Assembly (NCBI GenBank): GCA_050246755.1
Contig: JBFWVL010000002.1
Coordinates: 32,001 to 96,000 of the forward strand
Direction: 5' to 3'
Source: Bacteriovoracia bacterium
Lineage (GTDB): Bacteria; Bdellovibrionota; UBA1018; CAIPTA01
Length of the DNA: 64,000 nucleotides
This document shows, piece after piece, positions 29,731-39,734 of the stretch; position 1 is the first letter of the stretch; each line of letters opens with the position of its first letter. The translations under genes were made by a program, and so were the position numbers. The notes under the pieces were generated by a model. The model was not told the DNA's origin. It saw only the letters and a program-made list of their open reading frames with translations, and did no database searches.

Positions 29731-30531
29731 TTAGCACTGGAACCAATCAATATTGAGGCAGACCAGTTTTTCCGAGGGCGAATCGGCCACTTTTTTTGTT
29801 TGCTTTTGGATGAACTGTACGATCTCTTCGCGGATTTTTTTGGCGAGATCCGCGCTCAGGCTCAGTGGCGCAGTATAGTGAAGGTTCTCTTCGTTTCTTC
29901 TGTCCATGGACTGCATGGATTTCATGCGCCAGTTCATGTGGTGCTTCACCACGAACGGTGAATCGTGCGGGACGTGCACCACGTTGGTGCCGAAATCGAA
30001 ACCTTTGCTTTTTTTTATGAGTAAGCCTTTGTCCAAAAGAAAACGGAGCACATCGGCGAGCACTTCTTCCGGAATATTGAAATGTTTCGAGAGCGCCGAG
30101 ACGGAAGAAAATTCCGCAATGGGGGCGGCGAGCCAGGTGGCGATAAAGTACCAGCTGGAATAGAAAACGGCTTTGTCCTCATCGGTAAGCTGCTCATGTT
30201 TTATACGATTCTTGATTGCCTGCCCGCGCAAGCGGCATTCCTCCGCCTGGCGTTTGAGGATAGTGGTGAGGTCGTGGGTGCCGGAGCGGGCGATCTGCAC
30301 GAGCAGCAGGAAATAGTCAGTCTCATTGCTTCCGAGGCCCATGAACTGGGCTAATTTGGCGGCTTGTTCGAGGTTCAGGTCTCTATCACCCTTAAAAACC
30401 TGGCTCATGATCACGGAATTGGTGCCGAGATAGGCGGCGATTCTGCTGTAAATTCCGTAGCCTTTATTTGGCTGTTCCTGCACCCAGGCATTGACGCACT
30501 GCTTATAACTGTCGTATTCGTAGACCGTCAT
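29731..30531 (-). CDS. TIGR02147-like protein (N-terminal HTH + DUF4423-like domain)
   Basis: SQVFKGDRDL, ETDYFLLLV, YSSWYF, HMNWR, C-terminal LNIDWF. Confidence 0.8.
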   Translation of the reverse strand: MTVYEYDSYKQCVNAWVQEQPNKGYGIYSRIAAYLGTNSVIMSQVFKGDRDLNLEQAAKLAQFMGLGSNETDYFLLLVQIARSGTHDLTTILKRQAEECRLRGQAIKNRIKHEQLTDEDKAVFYSSWYFIATWLAAPIAEFSSVSALSKHFNIPEEVLADVLRFLLDKGLLIKKSKGFDFGTNVVHVPHDSPFVVKHHMNWRMKSMQSMDRRNEENLHYTAPLSLSADLAKKIREEIVQFIQKQTKKVADSPSEKLVCLNIDWFQC

Positions 30532-30662
30532 TCTTAGCCCCGATTGTTAGCAATTTAGATAAAACTATCACTATTTTTTAAGATAAGAGATGTGGAGAGC
30601 GCAAGCGTTATCTGCGAAATGTTGGTGGAGACGATTATTCGAAACCACAACGAGGATCTAGT

Positions 30663-31775
30663 ATGAAAAAGTTTACGATTTGGAATCTAGCATTTCTGAC
30701 GCTCACTTTGAGCAGCATCGCCTTGGCGGATGGAGGGGTAGGTAGCGGAGGCGGCGGGACTACGAATCCGAGTCCTGCCAATCCAGAACATATTTGGTTA
30801 TCGGCCCATTTGTACGGAGCCAAAATAATTACTGCTTGGCTTCATAAGAAGGAAGATGAGTTCAATCACTACAAGGAAGCCGATCAAAAGATATCACCTT
30901 TGGCGAAATTATTCCGGCCAAGCGGAGGAAAAAATATTTACGATCTGTTGATCGATACGGAAATCGAATTTCGCATGAACGAGCCTTGCCGGGATTTCGT
31001 CGGTAATCCTGTCGATGGCAGCATTTACGGCACCCGGCCCGGGTCTATTTGCCTAAGCCCATTTTCTATGGCGCCAAAGCTAAGCGAGATAAATGCCAAC
31101 GCAGAGACTATCGCGCTCCTCATTCACGAGTTTAGCCATTTAGTGGGAGCCAACGAAGAAGAAGCAGTTAAATTGCAGCAAGCTGCTATTTGGGATTTTT
31201 CAAGATTCGATATGTTTGATGCCCTAAGTGCCATCGACGTTTTGGCTACTCCCAAAATGCCTCCTCGCTCAAACGAAATCAATATTCTGATGACGGAACT
31301 TCATATCCTTAAGGCGCAGTTGGAGAATGGTAGAATGCGCTATCGCGATTTTTCTAGCCTAGCGGAGCAGTTTGGCCATATCCGTAGAAAAATCAGTATC
31401 GAGTTTCGTTATCTGCTTTTTATCAGCCCGGCTATTTCTAAACTGTTAGTACCTCACGCGTTGCACTTAGACATTCCTTTAACCTTTGCTTGTGCCAATG
31501 ATGTTACGGAACCCGATCACCAAAAGTGGTGCCAAGACAAATTAGACAAAGGTTTTGGGAGCGAGGAATCTAGTTCTCTTCTTATTTATTTGGCGCGGTT
31601 GTCCGACTCCCCTGAGTCCACTTTTCCTGCGGAATATTCACTGTTAGAGGCAAGGCGGCCAAGATCGGCTCCTGATCTCGTTTTCTACTTGGATTCTTTG
31701 GAGCAGTACCTTGTTGCTCTTCAAGTTGAGGTAGATCATCTCCGTGATCTGCAGCTAAATTTCTACCGAAATTAG
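30663..31775 (+). CDS. Secreted protein with N-terminal Gly-rich motif and HExxH
   Basis: Signal peptide ALA-DGGVGSGGGG; LLIHEFSHL; more AT-rich. Confidence 0.7.
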   Translation: MKKFTIWNLAFLTLTLSSIALADGGVGSGGGGTTNPSPANPEHIWLSAHLYGAKIITAWLHKKEDEFNHYKEADQKISPLAKLFRPSGGKNIYDLLIDTEIEFRMNEPCRDFVGNPVDGSIYGTRPGSICLSPFSMAPKLSEINANAETIALLIHEFSHLVGANEEEAVKLQQAAIWDFSRFDMFDALSAIDVLATPKMPPRSNEINILMTELHILKAQLENGRMRYRDFSSLAEQFGHIRRKISIEFRYLLFISPAISKLLVPHALHLDIPLTFACANDVTEPDHQKWCQDKLDKGFGSEESSSLLIYLARLSDSPESTFPAEYSLLEARRPRSAPDLVFYLDSLEQYLVALQVEVDHLRDLQLNFYRN

Positions 31776-31786
31776 TTTTGTTCCTA

Positions 31787-31824
31787 AAGCAGAGGGGCCT
31801 CAGAAGAGCCGCTTCTGCTTTTTT
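31787..31824 (+). terminator. Intrinsic terminator
   Basis: AAAGCAGA..GGC/GCC..TCTGCTTT stem followed by T-run. Confidence 0.6.
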
Positions 31825-31926
31825 GCGCACGCTCCTTGCTACCCCTCCCCCGAGCTTTGAAATGCTCCGTTATTCGAGGCCAAACGCCTCGGACGCGGGG
31901 CAAAAACACGCAAGGGGAGAATTTAT

Positions 31927-32955
31927 ATGCGTTCGGTCACCTCCATTTTCATTCTTTCTGTTTTGGCAGTCAGTTTCAGTGCGGCGTTTGCGATCGGCGC
32001 GCCCTCCAGGCCCCGTTCCGACATGAACAAGGTGCTAAATGAGCTTCTGGAGAAAGAAGGGCAGCCAATCGAAACGCTCACGGCCGAAGAAGCCCGCAAG
32101 CAGCCTACGCCCACGGACGCCGTACAATCAATTTTGCTGCGAGAGAAGATCAAGCCAAAATCCGATCTCGCCAGCGTGGCCGATACGAAAGTGCAGGGCG
32201 CGGAAGGCATGATTCCAGTGCGGGTGTATACGCCCAAGGGTAAACAGCCTCTGCCGGTGGTGGTTTACTTTCACGGCGGCGGTTTCGTGATCGCTACCAA
32301 CGACGTCTACGACGCCACTCCGCGCGCCTTAGCGGAACAAACGGGCGCCATTTTTATTTCGGTGGAGTACCGCAAAGCCCCCGAGCATAAATTTCCGGCG
32401 GCCCACGACGATGCCTTTGCGGCCTATAAATGGGTTCTGCGGAATGCGGCCTCGCTCGGCGGAGATCCCAAGAGAATTGCCGTGGCGGGGGAGAGCGCCG
32501 GCGGAAATTTAGCGATCAACGTAGCAATTCGCGCTCGCGATGAAAAAGTGCAAGCCCCGGCCTACCAAGTGCTCGTGTACCCCGTGGCCAGTAATAATAT
32601 GAATTCTCCCTCCTACGAGGAGAACGCCGGTGCGCAGCCGCTGAATAAACCGATGATGGAGTGGTTCGTGAAGCAGTACCTGCACAGCCCGGCCGAGGCG
32701 GCCGATCCCCGGATCAACCTTTTGGCCGCGAATCTTAAAGAATTACCCTCGGCCACGGTGATCACGGCCGATATCGATCCTCTGCGTTCCGAAGGCAAGG
32801 AACTCGCCGATAGGCTGAAAGCAGCCGGCGTGAAAGTGGAGTATAAAAATTATAAAGGCGTGACCCACGAGTTCTTCGGCATGGCGGCCGTGGTGGGAGA
32901 GGCCAAGAGCGCGCAGAAATTGGCCGCGAAGAATCTGAAGAAGGCGCTTTGGTAA
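31927..32955 (+). CDS. Secreted HSL-family esterase/lipase
   Basis: HGGG, GESAG, DPL, HEF. Confidence 0.93.
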   Translation: MRSVTSIFILSVLAVSFSAAFAIGAPSRPRSDMNKVLNELLEKEGQPIETLTAEEARKQPTPTDAVQSILLREKIKPKSDLASVADTKVQGAEGMIPVRVYTPKGKQPLPVVVYFHGGGFVIATNDVYDATPRALAEQTGAIFISVEYRKAPEHKFPAAHDDAFAAYKWVLRNAASLGGDPKRIAVAGESAGGNLAINVAIRARDEKVQAPAYQVLVYPVASNNMNSPSYEENAGAQPLNKPMMEWFVKQYLHSPAEAADPRINLLAANLKELPSATVITADIDPLRSEGKELADRLKAAGVKVEYKNYKGVTHEFFGMAAVVGEAKSAQKLAAKNLKKALW

Positions 32956-32966
32956 GCGAAAAGAAT

Positions 32967-34220
32967 TTACGCTTCGGGACTCACTGGAGAAAAAACAGTA
33001 TCCGCGGGGATACGGCGGGGGTCCGTGGGCGAGAGCAGAGTACGGCGCACTTGCTCATCCTGAAAGCGCCAGAGCACGCTGTCGATGAAGAAATGGTGGA
33101 TATTGATAAATACGGCGAAGGCGATCGTAAAAAATACGGGAATATTGCCTAGCGAATAACTCAGCCCGGTATCGAGCGTGGAAGGCAGGGCCTCGAAGGC
33201 CACGAAGCCGATGACCAAGAGAATCACTAGCCGAAACGCGAACTTTCTTTCTAGGTTTCGCCTATTCTCCAGGCCCTTCATTTCCATGCGATAAGCGAAG
33301 GGAAGGTATTGCAAGGAATGAAAAAACGGCACGATCATGAAATAGAATTCTTTTTGGTAAAAGAGCGGTATCCACCAGGCGTAGAAGGCCACGAAGGGTA
33401 CGAGGAAGTTTGCGGTGGGCAGTTTTCCAAAGGCGCGAAAGTTACGGTAGACCACCGCGTAGAGAAATCCGGCCACGCCCAGGCCTAATCCGAGAAAAGA
33501 CAAACCTTCCAGAATGGTGGGGAGGCCTAGCTCGCTCAGCGCCAAACCGTAGAGCTGAAAAGAGGAGGCAAAGGGAAAATAGTTCCGCCAGTGAAAGCTG
33601 AGATGGCAAAAACTGAAAAAGGCCACGCTAAATACGGCTAATTTAATGAAGCGCCGTTGCGTGCCGCTGAGCGGATAGGCGTCGTAGTTGGCGTAGACCA
33701 TCATGCAGCCGAAGATTTGTTTGGCGTAATGCCAGCCCACCGTGAGGTACATCAGCCAGATCGAAGCGCCCACCAGCTCGGATCCGAGGTTCTGCACGTT
33801 GCCGAAGCGGAACCCGATTCCGATATGCTCGAACACGAAATTAAAGGGAACGATCCAGGTGGCGTTGATGACCGGATTTTCCATCGCAAAATAAGCCACC
33901 GCGTAGAGAAGGATCAGTGCGGCGGGCACGGCGATGAGGGTGAACCAATGCTTGGCGCAGAACCGCCAGCCGCGCCCGTAGGCCATGCGGTAGGACGCCA
34001 TAAAGTGGGGATGATTGCAGACGATGGAGAGCAGGGCGAAGGTGCCGGCTATTTGCTCGAAGCGCTGGCCTACGTAAGAATAGTCGGTGCGGATGAATTG
34101 GCCTAGTAAGAGGGCGGCCCAAACCACGAGGCTCGCACCTCCCATGAGCCAGAAGTCCCAGAAGCGAGGAGAAAGCGCGTCCCCGTTGGAATGCTGAGAA
34201 CGAGAGTAAGTGGGCAGCAT
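32967..34220 (-). CDS. Polytopic membrane protein with four His motifs
   Basis: NHPHF, GWHYAKQ, FHSLQY, IHHFFID. Confidence 0.7.
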   Translation of the reverse strand: MLPTYSRSQHSNGDALSPRFWDFWLMGGASLVVWAALLLGQFIRTDYSYVGQRFEQIAGTFALLSIVCNHPHFMASYRMAYGRGWRFCAKHWFTLIAVPAALILLYAVAYFAMENPVINATWIVPFNFVFEHIGIGFRFGNVQNLGSELVGASIWLMYLTVGWHYAKQIFGCMMVYANYDAYPLSGTQRRFIKLAVFSVAFFSFCHLSFHWRNYFPFASSFQLYGLALSELGLPTILEGLSFLGLGLGVAGFLYAVVYRNFRAFGKLPTANFLVPFVAFYAWWIPLFYQKEFYFMIVPFFHSLQYLPFAYRMEMKGLENRRNLERKFAFRLVILLVIGFVAFEALPSTLDTGLSYSLGNIPVFFTIAFAVFINIHHFFIDSVLWRFQDEQVRRTLLSPTDPRRIPADTVFSPVSPEA

Positions 34221-34346
34221 AGTTTCGTTTTCGTGAAGGGGAAAAGGCGGGTGGAAGTCCTTCCTTAATTCTAGAGTACGGTGGTGGTGGATGTCACGGC
34301 CGCAGTGGAAGGACAGCGTGTATCTGGCAAAGGGGGCCAATCAGGC

Positions 34347-34691
34347 TCAGTGCTTTTTTAACCGTTCTAGCATTTCTTTGGAAAACTCTTCTTGGTAGAT
34401 TCCGTAAGATTCCATGAATACGCCCTTCAGGTGATGCGAGGGGGAGGAAATCGCATAAACGATAGCTTGGTCGTCGGGGTCCGACGCGTTTTCGAAGCGA
34501 AATACCTCATCCACCACGAAATCTTGAGGGAAAAGCTTCTCGGCTCCCGAATTCACCTCAAAATGGTCGAAGCGGGGAACGATGTTTTTGTCATAGCCAC
34601 GCTTCTCATAGTAGGCCAAAGCCTCGCTCACGCTTTCCATGAATCCGGTGCCGGCTCGTTGGGTATCGTCGTTAGGGTTTTGTGTATTCAT
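34347..34691 (-). CDS. Small acidic conserved protein (family often mislabelled PRPP synthetase)
   Basis: FRFENASDPDDQAIVYAISS..KG..YG. Confidence 0.75.
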   Translation of the reverse strand: MNTQNPNDDTQRAGTGFMESVSEALAYYEKRGYDKNIVPRFDHFEVNSGAEKLFPQDFVVDEVFRFENASDPDDQAIVYAISSPSHHLKGVFMESYGIYQEEFSKEMLERLKKH

Positions 34692-34702
34692 GTTCCTTTA
34701 GA

Positions 34703-34718
34703 TGCAGGGAGAATACCA
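34703..34718 (-). promoter_or_regulatory. sigma54-type promoter
   Basis: TGGTATT-CTCC-CTGCA (GG-N10-GC). Confidence 0.5.
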
Positions 34719-34803
34719 AATCTGGCAAGTGGGTCGTATTGTCAGGGTTTGCTGTGCGTCATGAGTGGGACTTTGCACATGTGGTAGCCTGCCAGTTACG
34801 CGT

Positions 34804-35799
34804 ATGCTGGCCAAACTACCGAAAGGTCTCTACTGCCCAGAGGGCAATTTCTTTATCGATCCTATGAGAGCGGTGGACAATGCCGTGGTCACGCACGCGC
34901 ATAGCGATCACGCGCGGCGGGGAAGCAAGCAGTATTTTTGCGCGCGCACCGGCGTGGAATTGCTGAAGGCGCGCCTGGGAAATTCCATCCGCATTAGCGG
35001 CGTGGATTTCGGAAAGCCCTTCGAGCTGGGGCGTGTGAAAGTTTCTTTTCATCCGGCGGGCCATATCTTGGGCTCCGCGCAGGTGCGGATGGAATGCGAT
35101 GGAAAAGTTTGGGTGGCATCGGGCGATTATAAACGGGATCCCGATCCTACCTGCGAGCCCTTCGAGGTGGTGCCTTGCGAGGTGTTCGTGACCGAAGCCA
35201 CCTTCGGCACTCCCGCCTACCGCTGGAAAAAAGACGCCAACGTGGGGCGGGAAATTTTCGAGTGGTGGCAGGAAAATAAAAAAGAGGGCGTGAATAGCGT
35301 AGTATTCGCGTATTCGCTGGGGAAGGGGCAACGAATTCTCGGAATGTTGAGGGCCTTCACCGAAGAAACGATCTTTTGCGATCCCAACATGAAGGCCATG
35401 AATGATTGCTACCGCGCGCAAGGGATTGCCCTCGCCAATACGGCTTGCTTGTCGGAAGTGGAAGCTCCGTTGCGGGGGGCTTTAGTATTGGCGCCCCAGT
35501 CTTTTTTGAAATCGGAGAGAGCCGCTCTACTGGGCAATAATTTTAAGACGGCCTTTGCCTCCGGCTGGATGGCCGAAGGTAGCGAGGGCTACGATAGGGG
35601 ATTTCTGCTCTCCGATCACGCGGACTGGGACGATCTCCTACTCACCGTGAAAGAATCCAGGGCCAAGCGAGTATACGTGCAGCACCGGGGTAAGGGCGCG
35701 CTCGTTCGTCACCTTAGGTCTATCGGCCTAGAGGCTTTTCCTGATACTGATTTAACGATGCCCATGCCCCTTAGCGAACAGCTGGCCCTGCCATGGTAA
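34804..35799 (+). CDS. Ligase-associated DNA-damage-response exonuclease (MBL/beta-CASP fold)
   Basis: THAHSDHAR, PAGHILGS, SGDYK, TEATFG, LSDHADW. Confidence 0.9.
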   Translation: MLAKLPKGLYCPEGNFFIDPMRAVDNAVVTHAHSDHARRGSKQYFCARTGVELLKARLGNSIRISGVDFGKPFELGRVKVSFHPAGHILGSAQVRMECDGKVWVASGDYKRDPDPTCEPFEVVPCEVFVTEATFGTPAYRWKKDANVGREIFEWWQENKKEGVNSVVFAYSLGKGQRILGMLRAFTEETIFCDPNMKAMNDCYRAQGIALANTACLSEVEAPLRGALVLAPQSFLKSERAALLGNNFKTAFASGWMAEGSEGYDRGFLLSDHADWDDLLLTVKESRAKRVYVQHRGKGALVRHLRSIGLEAFPDTDLTMPMPLSEQLALPW

Positions 35800-38177
35800 A
35801 GAAAGTAAAAATCAGTATCGGTGATTTTGCTTTGCCCGTTCCGCGCCGGGGCAGCATCGAGGCGCATTCCGGTTTTGGCCGCGCCTCCGCGCTCGGGCAA
35901 GAAATCCACCAGCGGGTGCAGGCCAATCGCGCCAAAGATCACGCCAGCTACCAGGCGGAAGTACCCATAAGCTGCGAGTTTGAGCGGGGTGGATTTATTT
36001 TTGAAGTTAGCGGCCGGGTGGATGGTTTTTTCGGGGAGAAAGATCCGCGCATCGAGGAGATCAAATCCAGCTTTAGCCTGAAGGAGCTTTCCAAGCGCCT
36101 GCGCGAAACTCCGGATCACCCCTATTGTTTGCAGCTAAAAACCTACGGCTATTTTCATTTTCTAAAGACCAAGCAGGTGCCCCAGCTTTCGTTTCACCTC
36201 GTTTCCACCCGGAACTGGGAAACCGAAGATATGGCATTGCGCCTGGATATAGAGGAATACGAAAAATGGCTCGATCTGAGGCTCGATGAGCTGGTGGAAG
36301 AAGCGATCTTGGCCGAGAAGCGTGCCAAGCGGCGCCGCAAGGCGGGCGAAGCGCTGGTATTTCCCTTTACCCAGCCTCGCGCTGGCCAGATCGATCTCAT
36401 CCGCACGGTGGAAGAAGGCATGCGGGAAGACAAACGCATGCTGATCCAGGCGCCGACGGGTCTGGGCAAAACCGTGGGCGTGCTCTTCCCCGTGCTCCAG
36501 GAAGCTCTAGGCCGCGGGCAGAGAATTATTTACGTTACGCCTAAAAACAGCCAGCACTCAGTGGCCGAAGAGGCCGTGGCCAAGCTCCAGGAGCAGGGCG
36601 CGAAGATCAAGGCGATGACCCTCACCGCGAAGAGCAAGATCTGCTTCAAGAATGAGCCGCTCTGCAATCCCGAATACTGCGAATACGCCAAAGGCCACTA
36701 TACCAAAGTGGCCGAGCATAAAGTTTTGGAGGAGTTGGGGAAAAAACGAAAGCTTAGTTCGAAAACCTTTCGCGAGCTCGGGGAAAAGTACGAAGTTTGC
36801 CCCTTCGAGCTGCAGCTGGATTCGGCCAAAGAAATGGACGCGGTGATCTGCGACTACAACTACGTGTTCGCGCCTCGTTCCGCTTTTGGCCGCCTGGCCG
36901 CGAGCGGTTTCGATCAGGAAGGCAAGCCCAACCTCGTGATCGACGAAGCCCACAATCTTCCTGCCCGAGCCATGGGCTACCATTCCCCCGAGCTTTCCGT
37001 CCAGGCGCTGCGCCGGATCGCCGATGATTTAGATGCCATCCCCAAAAAATTCCAGATCGAAGTGAGGGAGCTCATCGATCTTTCCGTGGCGGCCATCCGC
37101 CAGTGCGAGCCCGATGATTGCAAATCCACCGTGAAGATCGATCCTCCGGCCGAAGTTTTTCTCGAGCAAGATGCCTTACTGCGCGCTTTCCTTTCCCGTT
37201 ACCTCGAATCCGACGTAGACATCCAGCCCCGGGATCCCGTGCTCCGGCTTTGCTTTTACTGGTCCGAGTTCACCGCCGCCCTCGAATTCGTGGAGGAGGG
37301 GAAGCGCGAAGAATTTTTCACCACCTATAATCCGCAGGGCGCAGTGAAGATCACTTGCTGCGACGCCTCCGAGATGCTCAAAGACGCCTACAATGAGTAC
37401 GAACAGGTGGTGGGATTTTCGGCCACGCTCAAGCCCTTCGATTTTTATAGCCAGCTTTCGGGGCTGGAAGGAACTGATCTCAAAACGGCGGAGTTTCAGT
37501 CTCCCTTTCCTAAATCCCAGCGAAAACTCCTGATCATCCCGCAGATTTCTTCCAAATATTCCGAGCGCACGCGCAACTATCCCCGGATCGCCGAAACGAT
37601 CTCCAAAATTTCCTCGCTGAAACCGGGAAACTACCTGGCCTTTTTTCCGAGCTTTGATTTTTTGGATAAGGTGCTCGCGCAATTCCAAATTCCGGAAGGT
37701 TTTTCGATTCGGCGCCAAGAGCGCTACATGAAGCAAACCGATACCGAAGCTTTGCTCGATGATTTGCGCTCGGAAACCAAGCCCACCATCGTTTTCGCGG
37801 TTCAGGGGGGAGTTTTTTCCGAGGGCGTGGACTATCCCGGCAAGATGGTGATCGGGGCCTTCGTGGTGGGGCCTCCGCTTCCCAATTTCGATCTCGAACG
37901 GGAAGAGATGCGGGCTTACTACGAGAAGAATTATAAGGCCGGCTTCGACTACGCCTATACCTATCCGGCGATGGCGAAGGCCGTACAGTCGGCGGGGCGG
38001 GTAATTCGCTCCGAAACGGATAAGGGCATCGTGGTGCTTATGGACAATCGGTTTCTTCAGCCCAGTTATACCAAGTCTATGCCCAGGGACTGGTTCGATA
38101 CCGACGCCAAAGAGCTGGTTTCGACGGGGATTCTCAAGGAAGTTTCGGATTTTTGGCTGGAGCCTAGTCCGGGCTAG
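35793..38177 (+). CDS. DinG/XPD-family Fe-S helicase with N-terminal PD-(D/E)XK nuclease
   Basis: GRVDG..EEIKS..QLKTY nuclease; APTGLGKT; Cys cluster; DEAH; QSAGRVIR. Confidence 0.9.
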   Translation: MVKKVKISIGDFALPVPRRGSIEAHSGFGRASALGQEIHQRVQANRAKDHASYQAEVPISCEFERGGFIFEVSGRVDGFFGEKDPRIEEIKSSFSLKELSKRLRETPDHPYCLQLKTYGYFHFLKTKQVPQLSFHLVSTRNWETEDMALRLDIEEYEKWLDLRLDELVEEAILAEKRAKRRRKAGEALVFPFTQPRAGQIDLIRTVEEGMREDKRMLIQAPTGLGKTVGVLFPVLQEALGRGQRIIYVTPKNSQHSVAEEAVAKLQEQGAKIKAMTLTAKSKICFKNEPLCNPEYCEYAKGHYTKVAEHKVLEELGKKRKLSSKTFRELGEKYEVCPFELQLDSAKEMDAVICDYNYVFAPRSAFGRLAASGFDQEGKPNLVIDEAHNLPARAMGYHSPELSVQALRRIADDLDAIPKKFQIEVRELIDLSVAAIRQCEPDDCKSTVKIDPPAEVFLEQDALLRAFLSRYLESDVDIQPRDPVLRLCFYWSEFTAALEFVEEGKREEFFTTYNPQGAVKITCCDASEMLKDAYNEYEQVVGFSATLKPFDFYSQLSGLEGTDLKTAEFQSPFPKSQRKLLIIPQISSKYSERTRNYPRIAETISKISSLKPGNYLAFFPSFDFLDKVLAQFQIPEGFSIRRQERYMKQTDTEALLDDLRSETKPTIVFAVQGGVFSEGVDYPGKMVIGAFVVGPPLPNFDLEREEMRAYYEKNYKAGFDYAYTYPAMAKAVQSAGRVIRSETDKGIVVLMDNRFLQPSYTKSMPRDWFDTDAKELVSTGILKEVSDFWLEPSPG

Positions 38178-38209
38178 GCAATTCTCCCTCCCTTTGCTAG
38201 AAATCCCCG

Positions 38210-39175
38210 GTGAGAAAAAAGAAAAATAAACCGAAGCGGATCCGGTTCGCCAAGCTCGATACCGAAGGGATTCCCCTCCGCGAAGTGATCGCCGTGCACC
38301 GTCAATTTGCTCCTGGGGATTCATTGCCGGACAATTTGGGGGACGGTTTTTTGGTGCAGACCAATCCCGTTTACCGTTCCATCCGCAGAGAATTCCTGAA
38401 GAGGGGATTTAGCTATAGCCCGGAAGATCCCCACAATTATTTCGCTTTTCCTCTCATGAGCCTCGATGTCGCGATCGCGCATAAAACGGTTCCTTACCGG
38501 AAAAATTTTGCCTGGCTCGAGGTGCTGGAAAAGAGGGCCCCCCGGAAATTCACGCTCACCGAGTTAAAGAAGAGCGAGCTGCAGTTCAATTATCTTTTTC
38601 ACGAGTCGGCTCATTTCATCGCCCACGACGTTTTGTTCGGGAATACGGCGCCGGATTCAGTGCCCAAGAACGCCGATTCCCTGATGCGGATTTTCATTGG
38701 GGAGGCGATGGCCAATTCCGTGGAATGCCTCGCCTCCGTTTTTGCCGAAGGGGAAATCGGGGGCTATTTTCTCGATGCCAACTGCCATTTCCGCTCCACC
38801 GAGAGGGAAGCCATGGCGCTGGCGAAGGCGGCGCAGAAAGTTGGATTCCGCCGCCTCACTAAAGCCGTGATGGCGTCTTTTCTTTATGCGAACTATCTAT
38901 ATGAGCGGCTAAATGAGAGAGAAAAAAAGCTAGTGGCGGCCATCGCGGGAGTGGAGAATTTCGCCGTGGTCGCCCCCGCGATTCGGGTGGGATTCGAGTT
39001 ATCGGAAATTTTTCGCACCAATACCACCCACCTGCATTTGCTCAAGCTCGGATTCCCCGCAGACCTGCAGAAATTGATTCCCTCCGATCCTCTGAAAAAA
39101 CTAATGGACGATAAAAAGCTGCTCGCGCAGTTTAACGAGTTGGCCGAAATTATCGTGGAAGAATTAAAGCGCTAA
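38210..39175 (+). CDS. Hypothetical HExxH protein
   Basis: LFHESAH followed by GEAMAN. Confidence 0.6.
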   Translation: MRKKKNKPKRIRFAKLDTEGIPLREVIAVHRQFAPGDSLPDNLGDGFLVQTNPVYRSIRREFLKRGFSYSPEDPHNYFAFPLMSLDVAIAHKTVPYRKNFAWLEVLEKRAPRKFTLTELKKSELQFNYLFHESAHFIAHDVLFGNTAPDSVPKNADSLMRIFIGEAMANSVECLASVFAEGEIGGYFLDANCHFRSTEREAMALAKAAQKVGFRRLTKAVMASFLYANYLYERLNEREKKLVAAIAGVENFAVVAPAIRVGFELSEIFRTNTTHLHLLKLGFPADLQKLIPSDPLKKLMDDKKLLAQFNELAEIIVEELKR

Positions 39176-39180
39176 CCGCA

Positions 39181-39612
39181 CTATTCTACGATCAGGTAGC
39201 TTTGGATGAGGTCTTGGCCGCCGCGCCGAATATTGATTCGGACCACCGAACCTACCTTCGCCTTCGCCAGCTTCTGGCCCACCGCCATGATATCGCCCAG
39301 GCCCCCCAGCTGCTGCCCGTTTACGGTTTCGATCACGTCGCCTTCTTTGATCCCGAACGAGGGAAGCAGGCAGTTTTTGCCAAAGCGAGAAACTTCGATG
39401 CCCGATATATAGCCCATGCCGAAGGAAGGCAGGGCCCGGAAGGTGGAGAGCTGGGCCTGAGGATCCTTCACGTCTTTTTCCATACGGCTCTTGCTCACTT
39501 CGAATTTCGCCCTGGAAACTTTCGCCACTAGGGGTACGAGGTTTTCCGCGCTCTTTTTCGCGAGGGAGGCGAGGGGGCTGAGGGCTAACAGCAGGAGTAG
39601 AAGGGCTTTCAT
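39181..39612 (-). CDS. Secreted PDZ-domain protein (GspC C-terminal-like)
   Basis: Signal peptide; GIKEGDVIETVNG..IRRGG. Confidence 0.75.
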   Translation of the reverse strand: MKALLLLLLALSPLASLAKKSAENLVPLVAKVSRAKFEVSKSRMEKDVKDPQAQLSTFRALPSFGMGYISGIEVSRFGKNCLLPSFGIKEGDVIETVNGQQLGGLGDIMAVGQKLAKAKVGSVVRINIRRGGQDLIQSYLIVE

Positions 39613-39734
39613 AAAGAAAATTCTACCAGGCTGGAAGATGCTTCCCAATTGGATAGCTGATAGGGACTCTCTTTTCTGCCACCTTTGCGCACAGCTTGTT
39701 TTTCGCGGCCTGTTTACGGTAGTTTCACTCGATA

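Noticed and set aside
31826-31840. sigma54 promoter before the esterase (CGCACG-N4-TTGCT)
   Set aside because: The invariant GG is replaced by CG.
35793-38177. CRISPR-associated DinG or Cas4
   Set aside because: No array, cas6/cas7-like genes or leader in the window; the fusion fits a repair helicase.
37176-38324. 382-aa - strand ORF
   Set aside because: Antisense to the well-supported helicase; no recognisable domain.
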